This document shows, in pieces, positions 18,369 through 28,462 of a stretch of 64,000 bases of DNA. The stretch spans positions 3,558 to 67,557 of the forward strand of contig CAIMDG010000001.1 in NCBI GenBank assembly GCA_903839725.1. The letters are read 5' to 3'. Position 1 is the stretch's first letter, and every line of letters starts with the position of its first letter. Source of the DNA: an uncultured bacterium (GTDB lineage Bacteria; Patescibacteriota; Minisyncoccia; Phycocordibacterales; PALSA-1337). A program made the translations under genes and the position numbers. Under the pieces are notes generated by a model. That model had not been told where the DNA came from and searched no databases. It saw nothing but the letters and a program-made list of their open reading frames with translations.

Positions 18369-19025
18369 ATGTCAGATTCCAAAAAGACGACTGCGGACCT
18401 TGTGTTTGGTTTGCAGATCATTTTGGCTTGGGTTTTTAGTATAGCCCAGGCTCGACAGATGCTCATGAAGGGCACCCAGGGAACAACCATTACATGGTTT
18501 TTATTTTTTGAATTATTCCTGTCCGTCAATTTGTATTTGGCGTATGGGGTATATCAAGAGATAAAGGACCGCAAAACCTTTCAAATTTTGCTGGTCTATC
18601 TCAATTGGGTGCTTCTCATCACGGTTAACCTCGCGATTATCATGTGCAAGGGCACATGGAAAATTGATGACAGTATCGTCTCGATATTTGTTGTCATCGG
18701 AGTCGTTTCGACTCTGTGCGTGGGCTACCGTGGAAGCATCAGAAACACAATCGGGGACCCGGTAACCAAGGGTGTTGCGGCCATTTTCTTCAAGGGCGTG
18801 CCGCAACTATTCATGGGCTATTGCATCTACCGTGACCATGGTGGGACAGGTCTCCACTGGGTTGCACTGGTAGGAGGGCATTGCACGGTGTGCTTGCGCC
18901 TCATGGAGATAACCATGGAAATCCGGAAGATCGGGTGGAATAGGAAACTGAAAGGCCTATTCATCGGGGAAATTGGAAATTGGGGAAGCTGGATAGTTAC
19001 CTCAATAATTTGGATTGCAGTGTGA
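18369..19025 (+). CDS. Hypothetical multi-pass membrane protein
   Basis: 218 aa, about 7 hydrophobic segments, aggagg RBS, terminator hairpin at ~19024-19051. Confidence 0.8.
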   Translation: MSDSKKTTADLVFGLQIILAWVFSIAQARQMLMKGTQGTTITWFLFFELFLSVNLYLAYGVYQEIKDRKTFQILLVYLNWVLLITVNLAIIMCKGTWKIDDSIVSIFVVIGVVSTLCVGYRGSIRNTIGDPVTKGVAAIFFKGVPQLFMGYCIYRDHGGTGLHWVALVGGHCTVCLRLMEITMEIRKIGWNRKLKGLFIGEIGNWGSWIVTSIIWIAV

Positions 19026-19091
19026 AAACCCGAAGCTTGCTTCGGGTTTTTCTTATACAAAAAATGACCTCAAGGGTCATTTTTATGTGTA

Positions 19092-20282
19092 TTATTTCAA
19101 TCTTGATCTTCGAAGAAATGCTGGAACTGCACCCCAATCATCATCGTCATCCTTCGTCTCTTTCTTTGGTTCAGTCTTTTCTACAGGCGCTTCTTTCTTT
19201 GATTCAGAAACTGAATTGTAGATCTTGCCTGGTGTAGATGCTGTCTTGTCTGCACTTTTGTTGATAGCGATAGTTGATTCTGTGGAAGTTGATGTTACGC
19301 GTGGTGAAGCTCCTCCAGTAATAGAACCCTCAGGGAAACCAGTAGCGATAACGGTAATCTTGATTTCATTTTTCTTGAGCTTATCATCGCGAACAGTACC
19401 GAAGATAATCTTGGCTTCTGGATCGATAGACTCGGTAATGATCTTTGCAGCATCTTGGATTTCAAACATAGTAAGATCTTCACCACCAGCGATAGAGAAG
19501 AGAACGCCCTTTGCTCCGGCAATAGAAACATCGAGAAGCGGAGAGTTGATGGCGGCCTTGGCAGCTTCGATAGCACGATTCTCGCCTGAAGCAGAACCGA
19601 TACCCATAAGTGCTGATCCGGCATTTTCCATGACGGTACGAATATCAGCGAAGTCGATGTTGATGAGACCGGGAGTGGTGATCAAATCAGAGATACCTTC
19701 AACTGCTTGGCGGAGAATCTCATCACACATAACGAAAGCATTTTTGACTGTTGTTGCTTTGTCGATAGCTGAAAGGAGGCGATCGTTCGGAATAACGATA
19801 ATAGCATCTACTTCTTTCTTGAGATCCTCAAGAGCAGCTTCAGCAATACGACTACGCTGACGTCCTTCAAAGTAGAAAGGTTTGGTAACAACAGCAACAG
19901 TGAGACAACCGAGTTCTTTTGCAATACGTGCAACTGTAGGACTAGCTCCACTACCAGTTCCTCCGCCGAGACCGCAGGTAACGAAAACCATGTCAGCACC
20001 CTTTACTGATTCTTGGATTTCTTCTTTTGTTTCTTCAACTGCACGACGTCCGAGGTCTGGATTCATGCCTGTACCGAGACCGCGAGTGAGATTCTTACCG
20101 ATATGCACACGTTTCTTGGCGAGTGAGCGATGAAGATCCTGAGAATCTGTATTGATCGCCATGAAATCAACTCCACGCACTTTGCTTGCGATCATGTGAT
20201 TGACAGCATTCATTCCTGAACCTCCTACACCAAGAACCTTGATGCGTGCGAATGCTTCGATGTCGGGAGTAATGTTGGGCAT
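19092..20282 (-). CDS. ftsZ: Cell division protein FtsZ
   Basis: GVGGSGMNAV, GLGGGTGSG and NIDFAD motifs; C-terminal VPAFLRR. Confidence 0.98.
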   Translation of the reverse strand: MPNITPDIEAFARIKVLGVGGSGMNAVNHMIASKVRGVDFMAINTDSQDLHRSLAKKRVHIGKNLTRGLGTGMNPDLGRRAVEETKEEIQESVKGADMVFVTCGLGGGTGSGASPTVARIAKELGCLTVAVVTKPFYFEGRQRSRIAEAALEDLKKEVDAIIVIPNDRLLSAIDKATTVKNAFVMCDEILRQAVEGISDLITTPGLINIDFADIRTVMENAGSALMGIGSASGENRAIEAAKAAINSPLLDVSIAGAKGVLFSIAGGEDLTMFEIQDAAKIITESIDPEAKIIFGTVRDDKLKKNEIKITVIATGFPEGSITGGASPRVTSTSTESTIAINKSADKTASTPGKIYNSVSESKKEAPVEKTEPKKETKDDDDDWGAVPAFLRRSRLK

Positions 20283-20479
20283 AAAGATAAGTTAAAAGTA
20301 AAAAGTTAAAAGGAGTGGCGTTCGTGCCACCTTAATTCTAATAGGACATTAAAAGTTCTACGGACGTACTCGACATGAAGGGGTAGGCCTTCTTTCTTGT
20401 ATGCACTGTATCATATCAAGTTATAGAAGGGGTGCAAGTCGATTTGGTCAATCAGAAGCTTGACAATATGTGGATATTG

Positions 20480-20615
20480 GGAAACGTATCTTTGCAGGAC
20501 ATAACTCTTCGAAGTGCGCCGAGGACGGGTAGCCAGCGATTAGCGCCCGAGGGCGAGCACGGCCTCCACTGGGCAGGCGACGGAGAAGAGTTATGTCCTG
20601 CAAAGATACGTTTCC
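20480..20615. repeat. Inverted-repeat element family 2, copy 2 (31-bp perfect arms, 74-nt core)
   Basis: ggaaacgtatctttgcaggacataactcttc / gaagagttatgtcctgcaaagatacgtttcc, between ftsA and ftsZ. Confidence 0.9.
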
Positions 20616-20626
20616 TAGGACAGTAA

Positions 20627-21808
20627 TTATGGCAAGAATTGTTTGAACCAACGAGAAACTTTTTTCCAGAGATTTTTGAAAAAGGCAGATGTGGTGTCGA
20701 TCTCAGGTCCTTCGTCGGCGTGTGTACCCCAAATACAGAGTCCATAAGCGACTGCCCATGTGGCATCCTTGAAAGAAGACTTACCTTCAGTAAGACCAAG
20801 TGAGCCGATGCGTGAAGGGAGTTTGAGAGCTGCTTTGGCCATCTCGTCAATCATATTCAAGCCAGAACCTCCTCCGGTAATGATGATGCCGGCTGGCAAC
20901 AAACCATTTCTACCAATCTTCTTCAAGTGAGCTTCAACGAGATCAAATATATCTGAAACACGTGCAGATATGATTTCTTCAAGTTTTTTGCGAGGATATG
21001 AACTGCCGGTAATAGCTCCAATCTTAATCTGTTCTGCTTCCTCGAGGGGGACTTTGAGTCCAAGAGCAATGTCATTGGTGATGTCAGTAGAACCAATAGG
21101 GAATACTTCGAGAGAAGTTGGAATATTATTTTCGAATACAGCAATAGATACAGTTTCTGCTCCGATATTGGCGAGTACTGAGCCAGCAATCTTCTGTGTT
21201 TTTGAAAGAGTTACGAAACCAGCGGCAATAGGAGAAGCCATAACATCTTCGACTTCGATACCTGCTTCATTTACAGCAGCAATAAGATCTGACACGTGAT
21301 GATCAAGACAGGTGATAAATAATGTTTTTAATTCAAGCTTATTGCCTGAGAGACCTTCAGGATTGCCGAGTGAAGGGGTTCCATCAACTTTATATTGAAG
21401 AGGTATTGCGTAAATGATGCGACGATTTGCTATGGCTGCCCGAGGAATATCTTTTTCAGCTTGTTCATGCAATTTGGCAACATCGAGATCAGTAATCTCT
21501 GCATCTGCTCGTGATGTCATGATGGAGCTAATAACTACTGTTGAAGCAAGACCGATGCCATTTACTCCGACAAATGCTTTTTTGACTTTGATACCAGCTT
21601 TTTCCTCGGCACGTGATACTGCAAGGCGGATACTGTCTGCAACTTCACGAACATTGGTGACGTATCCATGTCTTAAACCACGTGATTCTGTAGTGCCAAC
21701 TCCTATAATTTTAGGGAACCCTTTGTCAGTCTTTTCTCGTCCATCAGCAATAACCACTTTGATGTGGTATGTTCCGACGTCAATTCCGGTAATGATGTTT
21801 CGAGCCAT
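20627..21808 (-). CDS. ftsA: Cell division protein FtsA
   Basis: GIDVGT, SRGLRHG, ITNDIALGL and IITGGGS motifs; upstream of ftsZ. Confidence 0.95.
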   Translation of the reverse strand: MARNIITGIDVGTYHIKVVIADGREKTDKGFPKIIGVGTTESRGLRHGYVTNVREVADSIRLAVSRAEEKAGIKVKKAFVGVNGIGLASTVVISSIMTSRADAEITDLDVAKLHEQAEKDIPRAAIANRRIIYAIPLQYKVDGTPSLGNPEGLSGNKLELKTLFITCLDHHVSDLIAAVNEAGIEVEDVMASPIAAGFVTLSKTQKIAGSVLANIGAETVSIAVFENNIPTSLEVFPIGSTDITNDIALGLKVPLEEAEQIKIGAITGSSYPRKKLEEIISARVSDIFDLVEAHLKKIGRNGLLPAGIIITGGGSGLNMIDEMAKAALKLPSRIGSLGLTEGKSSFKDATWAVAYGLCIWGTHADEGPEIDTTSAFFKNLWKKVSRWFKQFLP

Positions 21809-21817
21809 GGGGAGGAG

Positions 21818-21934
21818 AAGTATGAAGGTATGAAGGAATTAATGTATGAAGGTATGTGGGTATAAAAGTATAAATGTACTACCGTGTATACGGACATACT
21901 TTCATACCTTCATACTTTCATTCCTTTATACTTT
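21818..21934. repeat. Inverted array of degenerate 8-mers (gtatgaag)n / (ctttcata)n
   Basis: Left aagtatgaaggtatgaagg..gtatgaaggtatgt; right acatactttcataccttcatactttcattcctttatacttt. Confidence 0.75.
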
Positions 21935-22306
21935 AAATTTCTTTCTCACTTCTACTTCTATACTCTCCATTATAGCGCTATGGTCGTGTCCTTTCAAATG
22001 AACACAACCGTGGATAAAGAGAAAAGGAAAGAAATTTTCATATGATCGATCAAATTTCTTTGCTTCTTCCTTTGTTTCTTTGGGAGATATGTATATTTCT
22101 CCTTCGGTTTCTGAAAGAGGGAAACTTAGAATATCAGTTGGAACTTCTTTGTTTCGGTATTGTGTGTTGAGTTTCTGTATATGTGCAGAAGTAGTAATGA
22201 TGACATTCAAGACATAGTCTTTACCAAGAACTTCATCTTTAATAGCCTCAAATGCTACATGAGGTATTTTCTCTTTTGTTTCGTTGGTAAGGGTGAAGTT
22301 GGACAT
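21926..22306 (-). CDS. ybeY: rRNA maturation endoribonuclease YbeY
   Basis: LNTQYRNK..PTDILSF, GEIYIS and IHGCVHLKGHDH motifs. Confidence 0.93.
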   Translation of the reverse strand: MSNFTLTNETKEKIPHVAFEAIKDEVLGKDYVLNVIITTSAHIQKLNTQYRNKEVPTDILSFPLSETEGEIYISPKETKEEAKKFDRSYENFFPFLFIHGCVHLKGHDHSAIMESIEVEVRKKFKV

Positions 22307-22381
22307 GGATATATTGTATAGGGAAGGATGCAATAAGCAAAGAAGGAAAGATATGTTGATCTTTCCTTCTTTGCTTATTTT

Positions 22382-22636
22382 TTATTTCTTTGGTCCTCCA
22401 CGGCGCTCAGGTTTTGCTGGTGCTTTGCCGAGTTTGATGAGTTCAGCCATATCAGCTTTGCGCTTGAGTCCTTCTAAAGTATGCTTTTTAACTTTGTAAG
22501 GAGACTGAGTGCGAGTCGCATAGCGAAGACTGCGTTTGCGTACAATAACGCCAGAACTTTGGACTTTGCGAGTAAAACGGCGCAATGTACTCATTGCGTT
22601 TTCACCTGGATTACGAGTTATTTCTACATTTATCAT
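22382..22636 (-). CDS. rpsU: 30S ribosomal protein bS21
   Basis: Small basic protein, GENAMSTLRRFTRKVQSSG. Confidence 0.8.
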   Translation of the reverse strand: MINVEITRNPGENAMSTLRRFTRKVQSSGVIVRKRSLRYATRTQSPYKVKKHTLEGLKRKADMAELIKLGKAPAKPERRGGPKK

Positions 22637-22692
22637 AGTGGGAAGTATAGTAGCATGGATTTATTTTGTAGGCAAATCCATTGCGGAGTCAT

Positions 22693-23934
22693 TTATTTCT
22701 TATGCCACTTGGTTTCGAGACTCTTCATATGCTTGGCAATGTCTTCGAGAGGAATGATGTTTTGCGCATGAGTATCATTGTCACGAACGATGATAGTACG
22801 TTCAACAGCCTCCTTTTTTCCTACAACGAGGACATACGGAGTATGATATTTTTCGACAGAAGATACTTGGGCAGTGAGGCGGTCTTTTGCGAGAGAAAGG
22901 TGAAGAGGAATCTTTGCATTACGGAGACACTCAATAATTTCAAGAGATATAAGTTTTGATTCAACACCAAGTTGCACGAATGCAGCGATGGGGCGTTTTA
23001 CTTTGGCGAGAGGTTTACGTAATTCAGTCTTGCCTTCTTTGACAAGAAGAGAGATACCTACACCTTGAACATCTCGTTTGATAGCGAGACGCTTAGCAAG
23101 ACCGTTGTAACGTACACCAACTGCAAGAATACGCTGTGCCTTTGCTTTTTCACTTACATCAGAATTGATGATAGTGAATATTGTTTCAGTACAATATTTA
23201 CGATTACCAATGAGACTATTGTTGATAACATACGGAATAGAAAGTTTTTCGAGATATTCAAGTACTTCTTCAAGGTGGCGTCGGCTCGTCTCAGATAAGA
23301 AATCCATTGATCGTGGAGCCTTAGCATTTATTTCTTGAGCATCAGGATTGCGTGAAGCAAGAAGTTCGAAAGGATCTTGTTTCAAGAGTTGTCGGCACGC
23401 AGCAGACATCGTATTGATGTGCTTTCGGTAATATGAAGTCAGTTCACGAGTAAAACGGGCAATTGATTCACGGTCACCAATAGAGTTTATCTCTACAGAT
23501 GTGTTGGTGTAACCTTCTTCAGTGAGCATGGTGCGTGAAGTCTGGATAAGTGTAGCTTCGGCGATTGGTCCAGATGTTCCGAGAATTTCTAGGTCAGCAT
23601 AACGATGATATTTGCCTTTGCGTGTTGAACCACGAGATGGATCCTTGAAGTAAATCATGACCGGTTGTGTCATGGCATGAAGTTGTTGCTCATGATATGT
23701 GCGGATGATGGCAATTTTCTCTTCTACGTGAAGAGGTAAGTGGGCATGGAGTTCAGTTTCATCATCGACATAATCTCCTTCGAGTATATCTTTTGCGGCA
23801 TCAATGTCTTCTTTGGTGATCGTTGGACTCTTCATTGGTACAAAACCATAGTAGGTCGATATTTCACCAATCTTGTCGAGATGTTCGTATGAAATGAATT
23901 TTGATTCTGTCGGTTTTTTATGTGATGCGGGCAT
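22693..23934 (-). CDS. Histidyl-tRNA-synthetase paralog with degenerate catalytic motifs
   Basis: HisRS-like layout (YYGF..M..P, ADLEILG, INSIGD, RYNGLA, C-terminal HGTP anticodon-binding domain); canonical motifs altered. Confidence 0.8.
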   Translation of the reverse strand: MPASHKKPTESKFISYEHLDKIGEISTYYGFVPMKSPTITKEDIDAAKDILEGDYVDDETELHAHLPLHVEEKIAIIRTYHEQQLHAMTQPVMIYFKDPSRGSTRKGKYHRYADLEILGTSGPIAEATLIQTSRTMLTEEGYTNTSVEINSIGDRESIARFTRELTSYYRKHINTMSAACRQLLKQDPFELLASRNPDAQEINAKAPRSMDFLSETSRRHLEEVLEYLEKLSIPYVINNSLIGNRKYCTETIFTIINSDVSEKAKAQRILAVGVRYNGLAKRLAIKRDVQGVGISLLVKEGKTELRKPLAKVKRPIAAFVQLGVESKLISLEIIECLRNAKIPLHLSLAKDRLTAQVSSVEKYHTPYVLVVGKKEAVERTIIVRDNDTHAQNIIPLEDIAKHMKSLETKWHKK

Positions 23935-23986
23935 ATGATTGTTGCAGAATATGGATAATGTTTATAAATCAAATCTGAATAGGTTT

Positions 23987-24589
23987 CTATTCATGCTCTC
24001 CTGGCCAAAATGCCAAAGCTGAAAGAGGGAACATTCTCACTATAGGTTTTCCTACAATGAACTTCTTGTCGAGTAATCCCCATACGCGAGAATCAGAACT
24101 CTCTGCGCGGTTGTCTCCCATAACAAAATATTCATGGGCACCAACTGATGATCGGTAAGAATCATGTGATGCGTGAGAAGGATCGACGTATGACTGATCA
24201 AGTGTGATGCCTTTTGGATTTTGCTCGTTGGTGATAGTGACTATACCGTTACGAATATCAACGTATTCATTGGGGAGACCAATAATACGCTTTATATAGT
24301 AGACACTTGGGTTGTTGGGATATTCGAATATGATGACATCACCACGTTTTGGTTCGGTGAATCGGTATGTCAAACGATCGACGATCAAAAATTGTCCTGT
24401 TGAAAAAGTAGGATCCATCGAAGCGCCACTAACGATGAATGGTTCTGCGATGAAGTATCTTACCGGGAGTGCAATAACGAGTGCGATGATAATGACTTTT
24501 ACCCATTCAGCAACATTTTGCCAAAAAGTTTTTGCTTGAGGGGAGAGGATAGGCTGATGTGGTTTATTTTTGATATCAGCTGTATCCAT
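23987..24589 (-). CDS. lepB: Signal peptidase I
   Basis: VSGASMDPTF, RGDVIIF, YIKRIIGLP and VMGDNRAESSDSRVWG motifs. Confidence 0.95.
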   Translation of the reverse strand: MDTADIKNKPHQPILSPQAKTFWQNVAEWVKVIIIALVIALPVRYFIAEPFIVSGASMDPTFSTGQFLIVDRLTYRFTEPKRGDVIIFEYPNNPSVYYIKRIIGLPNEYVDIRNGIVTITNEQNPKGITLDQSYVDPSHASHDSYRSSVGAHEYFVMGDNRAESSDSRVWGLLDKKFIVGKPIVRMFPLSALAFWPGEHE

Positions 24590-24660
24590 AAGTTGCTCTA
24601 TTGTAGTACAAAATGTCATTTGACACAAGTATAAAATGAGTGTTTATGTATGTTTTAAAT

Positions 24661-24790
24661 ACAAAACGCGCAGGAGGGGTGTGTACTCATTTTTCTCCCA
24701 TAGGTTAGAGACACTTACATTACACAGCGTACCCCAATGTTTACAACCTATGGGAGAAAAATGAGTACACACCCCTCCTGCGCGTTTTGT
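24661..24790. repeat. Inverted-repeat element family 1, copy B (46-bp perfect arms, 38-nt core in reverse orientation)
   Basis: 24661-24706 is the exact reverse complement of 24745-24790; core 24707-24744. Confidence 0.95.
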
Positions 24791-24862
24791 GCAGCATCTC
24801 AAATATGTAATCTTCATTAAAATTTGATTCTTTTTTCATCACATCTTCATTTCAGTTTGATA
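24791..24862 (+). promoter_or_regulatory. ~72-bp conserved segment between element B and the pilus ATPase, duplicated at 29604-29675
   Basis: gca..atctcaaatatgtaatcttcat.aaaatttgattcttttttcat.acatcttcatttcag.ttgata at both loci; regulatory role inferred. Confidence 0.6.
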
Positions 24863-24872
24863 TGGTGTGGAC

Positions 24873-26000
24873 ATGAATATGATACACACATCAGTAGTAC
24901 AGGAATTTCCGCAACATCCAGCTACAGCGGTTGAGGCAATAGAAGGTATTCTTGCGTATGCAACTAGTCTGGGATGTTCTGATATTCATATTGATCCGAC
25001 TGACAAATATACCATTGTACGAGTGAGAATTGATGGAACGATCGAAGTGGCAGGAATGGTTACAAAACGACTTCATGATGAGATGATTTCTCGTTTGAAA
25101 ATACTTTCAGGTGCACGCACGGATCTTCATGCATTACCACAAGATGGACGTTGGAAAACAGATATTCTTGGTCGTATATATAATGTCCGAATTTCATTCG
25201 TGCCAACCTATCATGGTGAGAATGCGGTACTTAGACTTTTGCCAACAGATTCAGTTGTTCAGGTTTCATTTGCTAAACTTGGTTTTACTCCGGATATTGT
25301 AAGTATGATTGATAGGGCATTACAACGAACACATGGTCTTATTTTGGTAACGGGGCCCACAGGTTCAGGTAAAACAACCACATTACATAGTTGTCTCGCT
25401 CTCAAATCTCATGAACCTCTCTCGATAATAACTCTCGAAGATCCAGTTGAATATGAGATTGCTGGTATTCGACAGATTCACATACGTCATTCACATGGAC
25501 TTACGTTTGCGCATGGATTGCGAGCATCATTACGACAAGATCCAGATGTCATTATGGTTGGGGAAATACGAGATTCCGAAACTGCCAAAGTTGCGATTCA
25601 TACCGCACTTACTGGCCACTTAGTTTTGTCTACGCTTCATACAAATTCAGCACTCGATGCTATTCCTCGACTTATTGATATGGGAGTTGACGCATATTTA
25701 CTCGCATCAACACTCAAGGTAGTAGTTGCTCAACGTCTGGTAAGAAAAGTATGCGATGAATGCAATGGTAGTGGTTGTGTTGTGTGCCGTATGACCGGAT
25801 ATGTTGGTCGATTAGTTATTGCTGAGGCATACGAAGTTGATGAAGAAATGCAAAAATTACTAATCAAAAAAGCGTCAGTCGCCACATTGCAAGAATATGT
25901 AAATAAAAAAGGATTTCGAAATCTGGCAGATGATGGTAGAGAAAAGATTGAATGGGGAGTCACCACTCAAGAAGAAGTATTACGTGTGCTTTCTGAATAA
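24873..26000 (+). CDS. pilB: Type IV pilus/T2SS assembly ATPase (short GspE/PilB/ComGA type)
   Basis: SDIHIDP, PQDGR, GPTGSGKTT, LEDPVEY, LRQDPDVIMVGEIRD, TGHLVLSTLH and tetracysteine motifs. Confidence 0.92.
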   Translation: MNMIHTSVVQEFPQHPATAVEAIEGILAYATSLGCSDIHIDPTDKYTIVRVRIDGTIEVAGMVTKRLHDEMISRLKILSGARTDLHALPQDGRWKTDILGRIYNVRISFVPTYHGENAVLRLLPTDSVVQVSFAKLGFTPDIVSMIDRALQRTHGLILVTGPTGSGKTTTLHSCLALKSHEPLSIITLEDPVEYEIAGIRQIHIRHSHGLTFAHGLRASLRQDPDVIMVGEIRDSETAKVAIHTALTGHLVLSTLHTNSALDAIPRLIDMGVDAYLLASTLKVVVAQRLVRKVCDECNGSGCVVCRMTGYVGRLVIAEAYEVDEEMQKLLIKKASVATLQEYVNKKGFRNLADDGREKIEWGVTTQEEVLRVLSE

Positions 26001-26003
26001 TAT

Positions 26004-27050
26004 ATGACATTACAACGTACATGGAAACGAAGTAACAGCATTATATTTTTTGAAAGTCTTGAATCATATCTATCCGCAGGTTTGTCTCTTGATACTTGTA
26101 TACGGATGATTGGCCAGAGTTCTGCTTCTTACAAGAAGAATGTGTACACTCGTATGAATGAAGTTATTGAAAGGGGAGGATTATTCTCGGATGCTCTTGC
26201 GGAGACTGTTTCGATGCATATAACTACAATACATTTGATTCGTCACGGTGAATCGTCGGGAGATCTATTGAGGAGTATCACCCTCGCACGTTCTTTGTTG
26301 GAACATCAAGATGAGCTTATAAAGAATTGTCTGTCAGCTATGGCATACCCGTGTATTATTGGTTTCTTTGCGATTGTTTTAGTTATTGGTTTGATACGTG
26401 GGGTCATGCCACAAATTATTCCTATGTTAATTGGTTTACATGTGCAACTCCCCATTCTCACTCGCATCGTCATCTCGATGTCAGATATAACTACAAAATA
26501 TGGCTTGTATATAGTATTGGGTATATGTGTTTGCATCTCTTCATTTGTATTCATATATAAAAGATATGAAAAGTGTATGTATATGTGTCACGTAGTAATT
26601 CTCCATATTCCAATTATTGGAAAACTTGTTCGTAGTTATGCCACATCGGTATTTTTACATTCATGTGGGGCACTTCTTGATTCAGGGGTAGGTATTAGTA
26701 AAGCATACCCAAGTACCACTTCGACCATCTCAGTCTTACCGATACGATCCTATATGTCTTCATTTTGTACACGCATAGACAATGGTGCACAGCTCAGTTC
26801 AGTTTTTTATCATAAAGTTTTTCCACCATATATTTCAGCACTCATATCAGCAGGGGAATCATCAGGAACTCTGGGTCAGTCCTGTATTCGTGCCGCCCTT
26901 ATCACCGATCGTAATATGAAGCATTCATTGAAACGACTCACATCTCTTATTGAACCAATCATGATGGTTGGAATGGGTTTGATCATTGGAGCGATTGCTT
27001 TATCAATTTTGATGCCTATTTATGATATTTCAAAAGTACTACAAAAATAA
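26004..27050 (+). CDS. pilC: Pilus platform protein (GspF/PilC family)
   Basis: Two GESSG.L repeats, AMAYP, LIEPIMMV and ILMPIY motifs. Confidence 0.9.
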   Translation: MTLQRTWKRSNSIIFFESLESYLSAGLSLDTCIRMIGQSSASYKKNVYTRMNEVIERGGLFSDALAETVSMHITTIHLIRHGESSGDLLRSITLARSLLEHQDELIKNCLSAMAYPCIIGFFAIVLVIGLIRGVMPQIIPMLIGLHVQLPILTRIVISMSDITTKYGLYIVLGICVCISSFVFIYKRYEKCMYMCHVVILHIPIIGKLVRSYATSVFLHSCGALLDSGVGISKAYPSTTSTISVLPIRSYMSSFCTRIDNGAQLSSVFYHKVFPPYISALISAGESSGTLGQSCIRAALITDRNMKHSLKRLTSLIEPIMMVGMGLIIGAIALSILMPIYDISKVLQK

Positions 27051-28452
27051 GTTTTATACTCTATATAATTCAACCATCAATACAAGACGAGGAATACTTT
27101 TGGTTGATATTATCGTGGCTCTTTCTTTGTCAGCTCTTTTTGTGGTACTTATCACTGAATCTTCCATGAATGCTCGTGAGGTGTTTCGTCACGCGCATGA
27201 ACGTTCTGAATTATTGGATATATACGAGACACGCTCAAACGAAATTAGCAGTTTATTGCCATATGGAATATATTCTAAAAATGGTCTGTCAGCCAAGGCA
27301 CGTTGGTATGGTAATGAACGTATTCAAACAGATGTTGAAGTAGAGAGTACTACATCATCTCAAACAGTTATGTTTACGATGGTGCGCACATATCCATTTG
27401 CGCGAATATCAGAGGCTGCAGGAACACCTATGTGTTCAGTTGATTTTCTTGAAGGTTCAAAAAATATAATGATCACCCCAATCTCACTACCAATATCCTC
27501 GTCCATTCTATTGACTCATCTTGAGGTTAGAAATGGTATTGCATACATCTCAGCTGATTCACCCAAAGCTTCGGATGCGGATATATTCGTTGTTGATATA
27601 AGAGAACCACTTCATTCAAGTTTGCTGAGTCAAATAAATACTGGTCCCGGGATAACCTCATTTGTCCTAGCTGGAAATCATATATATGCAGCCGCAGCGA
27701 GTACTGCTGCCCAACTTCATAGCATTCGCCTTGATAGTTTGCAGAGTCTTATTCTTGAAAAGAAATATCAAATTCCGTTACCGTATGCTACTGCAACACC
27801 TCCGTTGGGAAGTAGTATATTTTTTAATAAGAATACAATATATCTTGGCACTGAAAAATGGGATGGTGATGAATTTTTTATTATAGATGCATCTAGTCCA
27901 TCACAGCCCATTACAAAATCAAGTCTCAATATTGATACAAAGATCAATGATATAGCTATTCGAGGTGATCGTGCATACATTGCCGCTTCTGGAGAACAAC
28001 AGATGGTTGTCGCAGATATTCAAGATGTATTGTCTCCTCATATTATTGCTTCATTCGATCCTTCAGGATGGTCTCGACAAGAAGTAAAAGTCATTTCTGT
28101 TTTTGAAGATAGTTTGAATCTTGGACGAACTTCTGGTGGTTTTAATATTGCTCAGGATCATGAATTATTTGCATGGGCCTCAACTTCCTTGAATTGGCGA
28201 CCTGATGTAAGTTCTCATCAATCCGTCGATATTCCTGCTGGCGTATACGGAATCGTTACCAATCGAAATCGTATATATCTAGCGACACGACAGATTGGTA
28301 AAGAATTACAAATATTTGATATGCCATTGTCTACAAGTACGCTTGTTTCGTATGCATTACCAGTTGCGCCACAAGGCATGACATGTGACGGGGATATTAT
28401 CTATGTATTAGGAAAAGGAGCTTCTGTCATATATAAAATTACTAGTAAATAA
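27022..28452 (+). CDS. Pilin-like N-terminus fused to an LVIVD-type beta-propeller
   Basis: RRG|ILLVDIIVAL prepilin-like site; repeated AYI..., FVVDI..P motifs; start codon uncertain. Confidence 0.75.
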   Translation: MIFQKYYKNKFYTLYNSTINTRRGILLVDIIVALSLSALFVVLITESSMNAREVFRHAHERSELLDIYETRSNEISSLLPYGIYSKNGLSAKARWYGNERIQTDVEVESTTSSQTVMFTMVRTYPFARISEAAGTPMCSVDFLEGSKNIMITPISLPISSSILLTHLEVRNGIAYISADSPKASDADIFVVDIREPLHSSLLSQINTGPGITSFVLAGNHIYAAAASTAAQLHSIRLDSLQSLILEKKYQIPLPYATATPPLGSSIFFNKNTIYLGTEKWDGDEFFIIDASSPSQPITKSSLNIDTKINDIAIRGDRAYIAASGEQQMVVADIQDVLSPHIIASFDPSGWSRQEVKVISVFEDSLNLGRTSGGFNIAQDHELFAWASTSLNWRPDVSSHQSVDIPAGVYGIVTNRNRIYLATRQIGKELQIFDMPLSTSTLVSYALPVAPQGMTCDGDIIYVLGKGASVIYKITSK

Positions 28453-28462
28453 TCTTTTATAT

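Noticed and set aside
20432-20850. Short ORFs between and over ftsA and ftsZ
   Set aside because: They arise from the GC-rich palindrome and alternative frames of ftsA.
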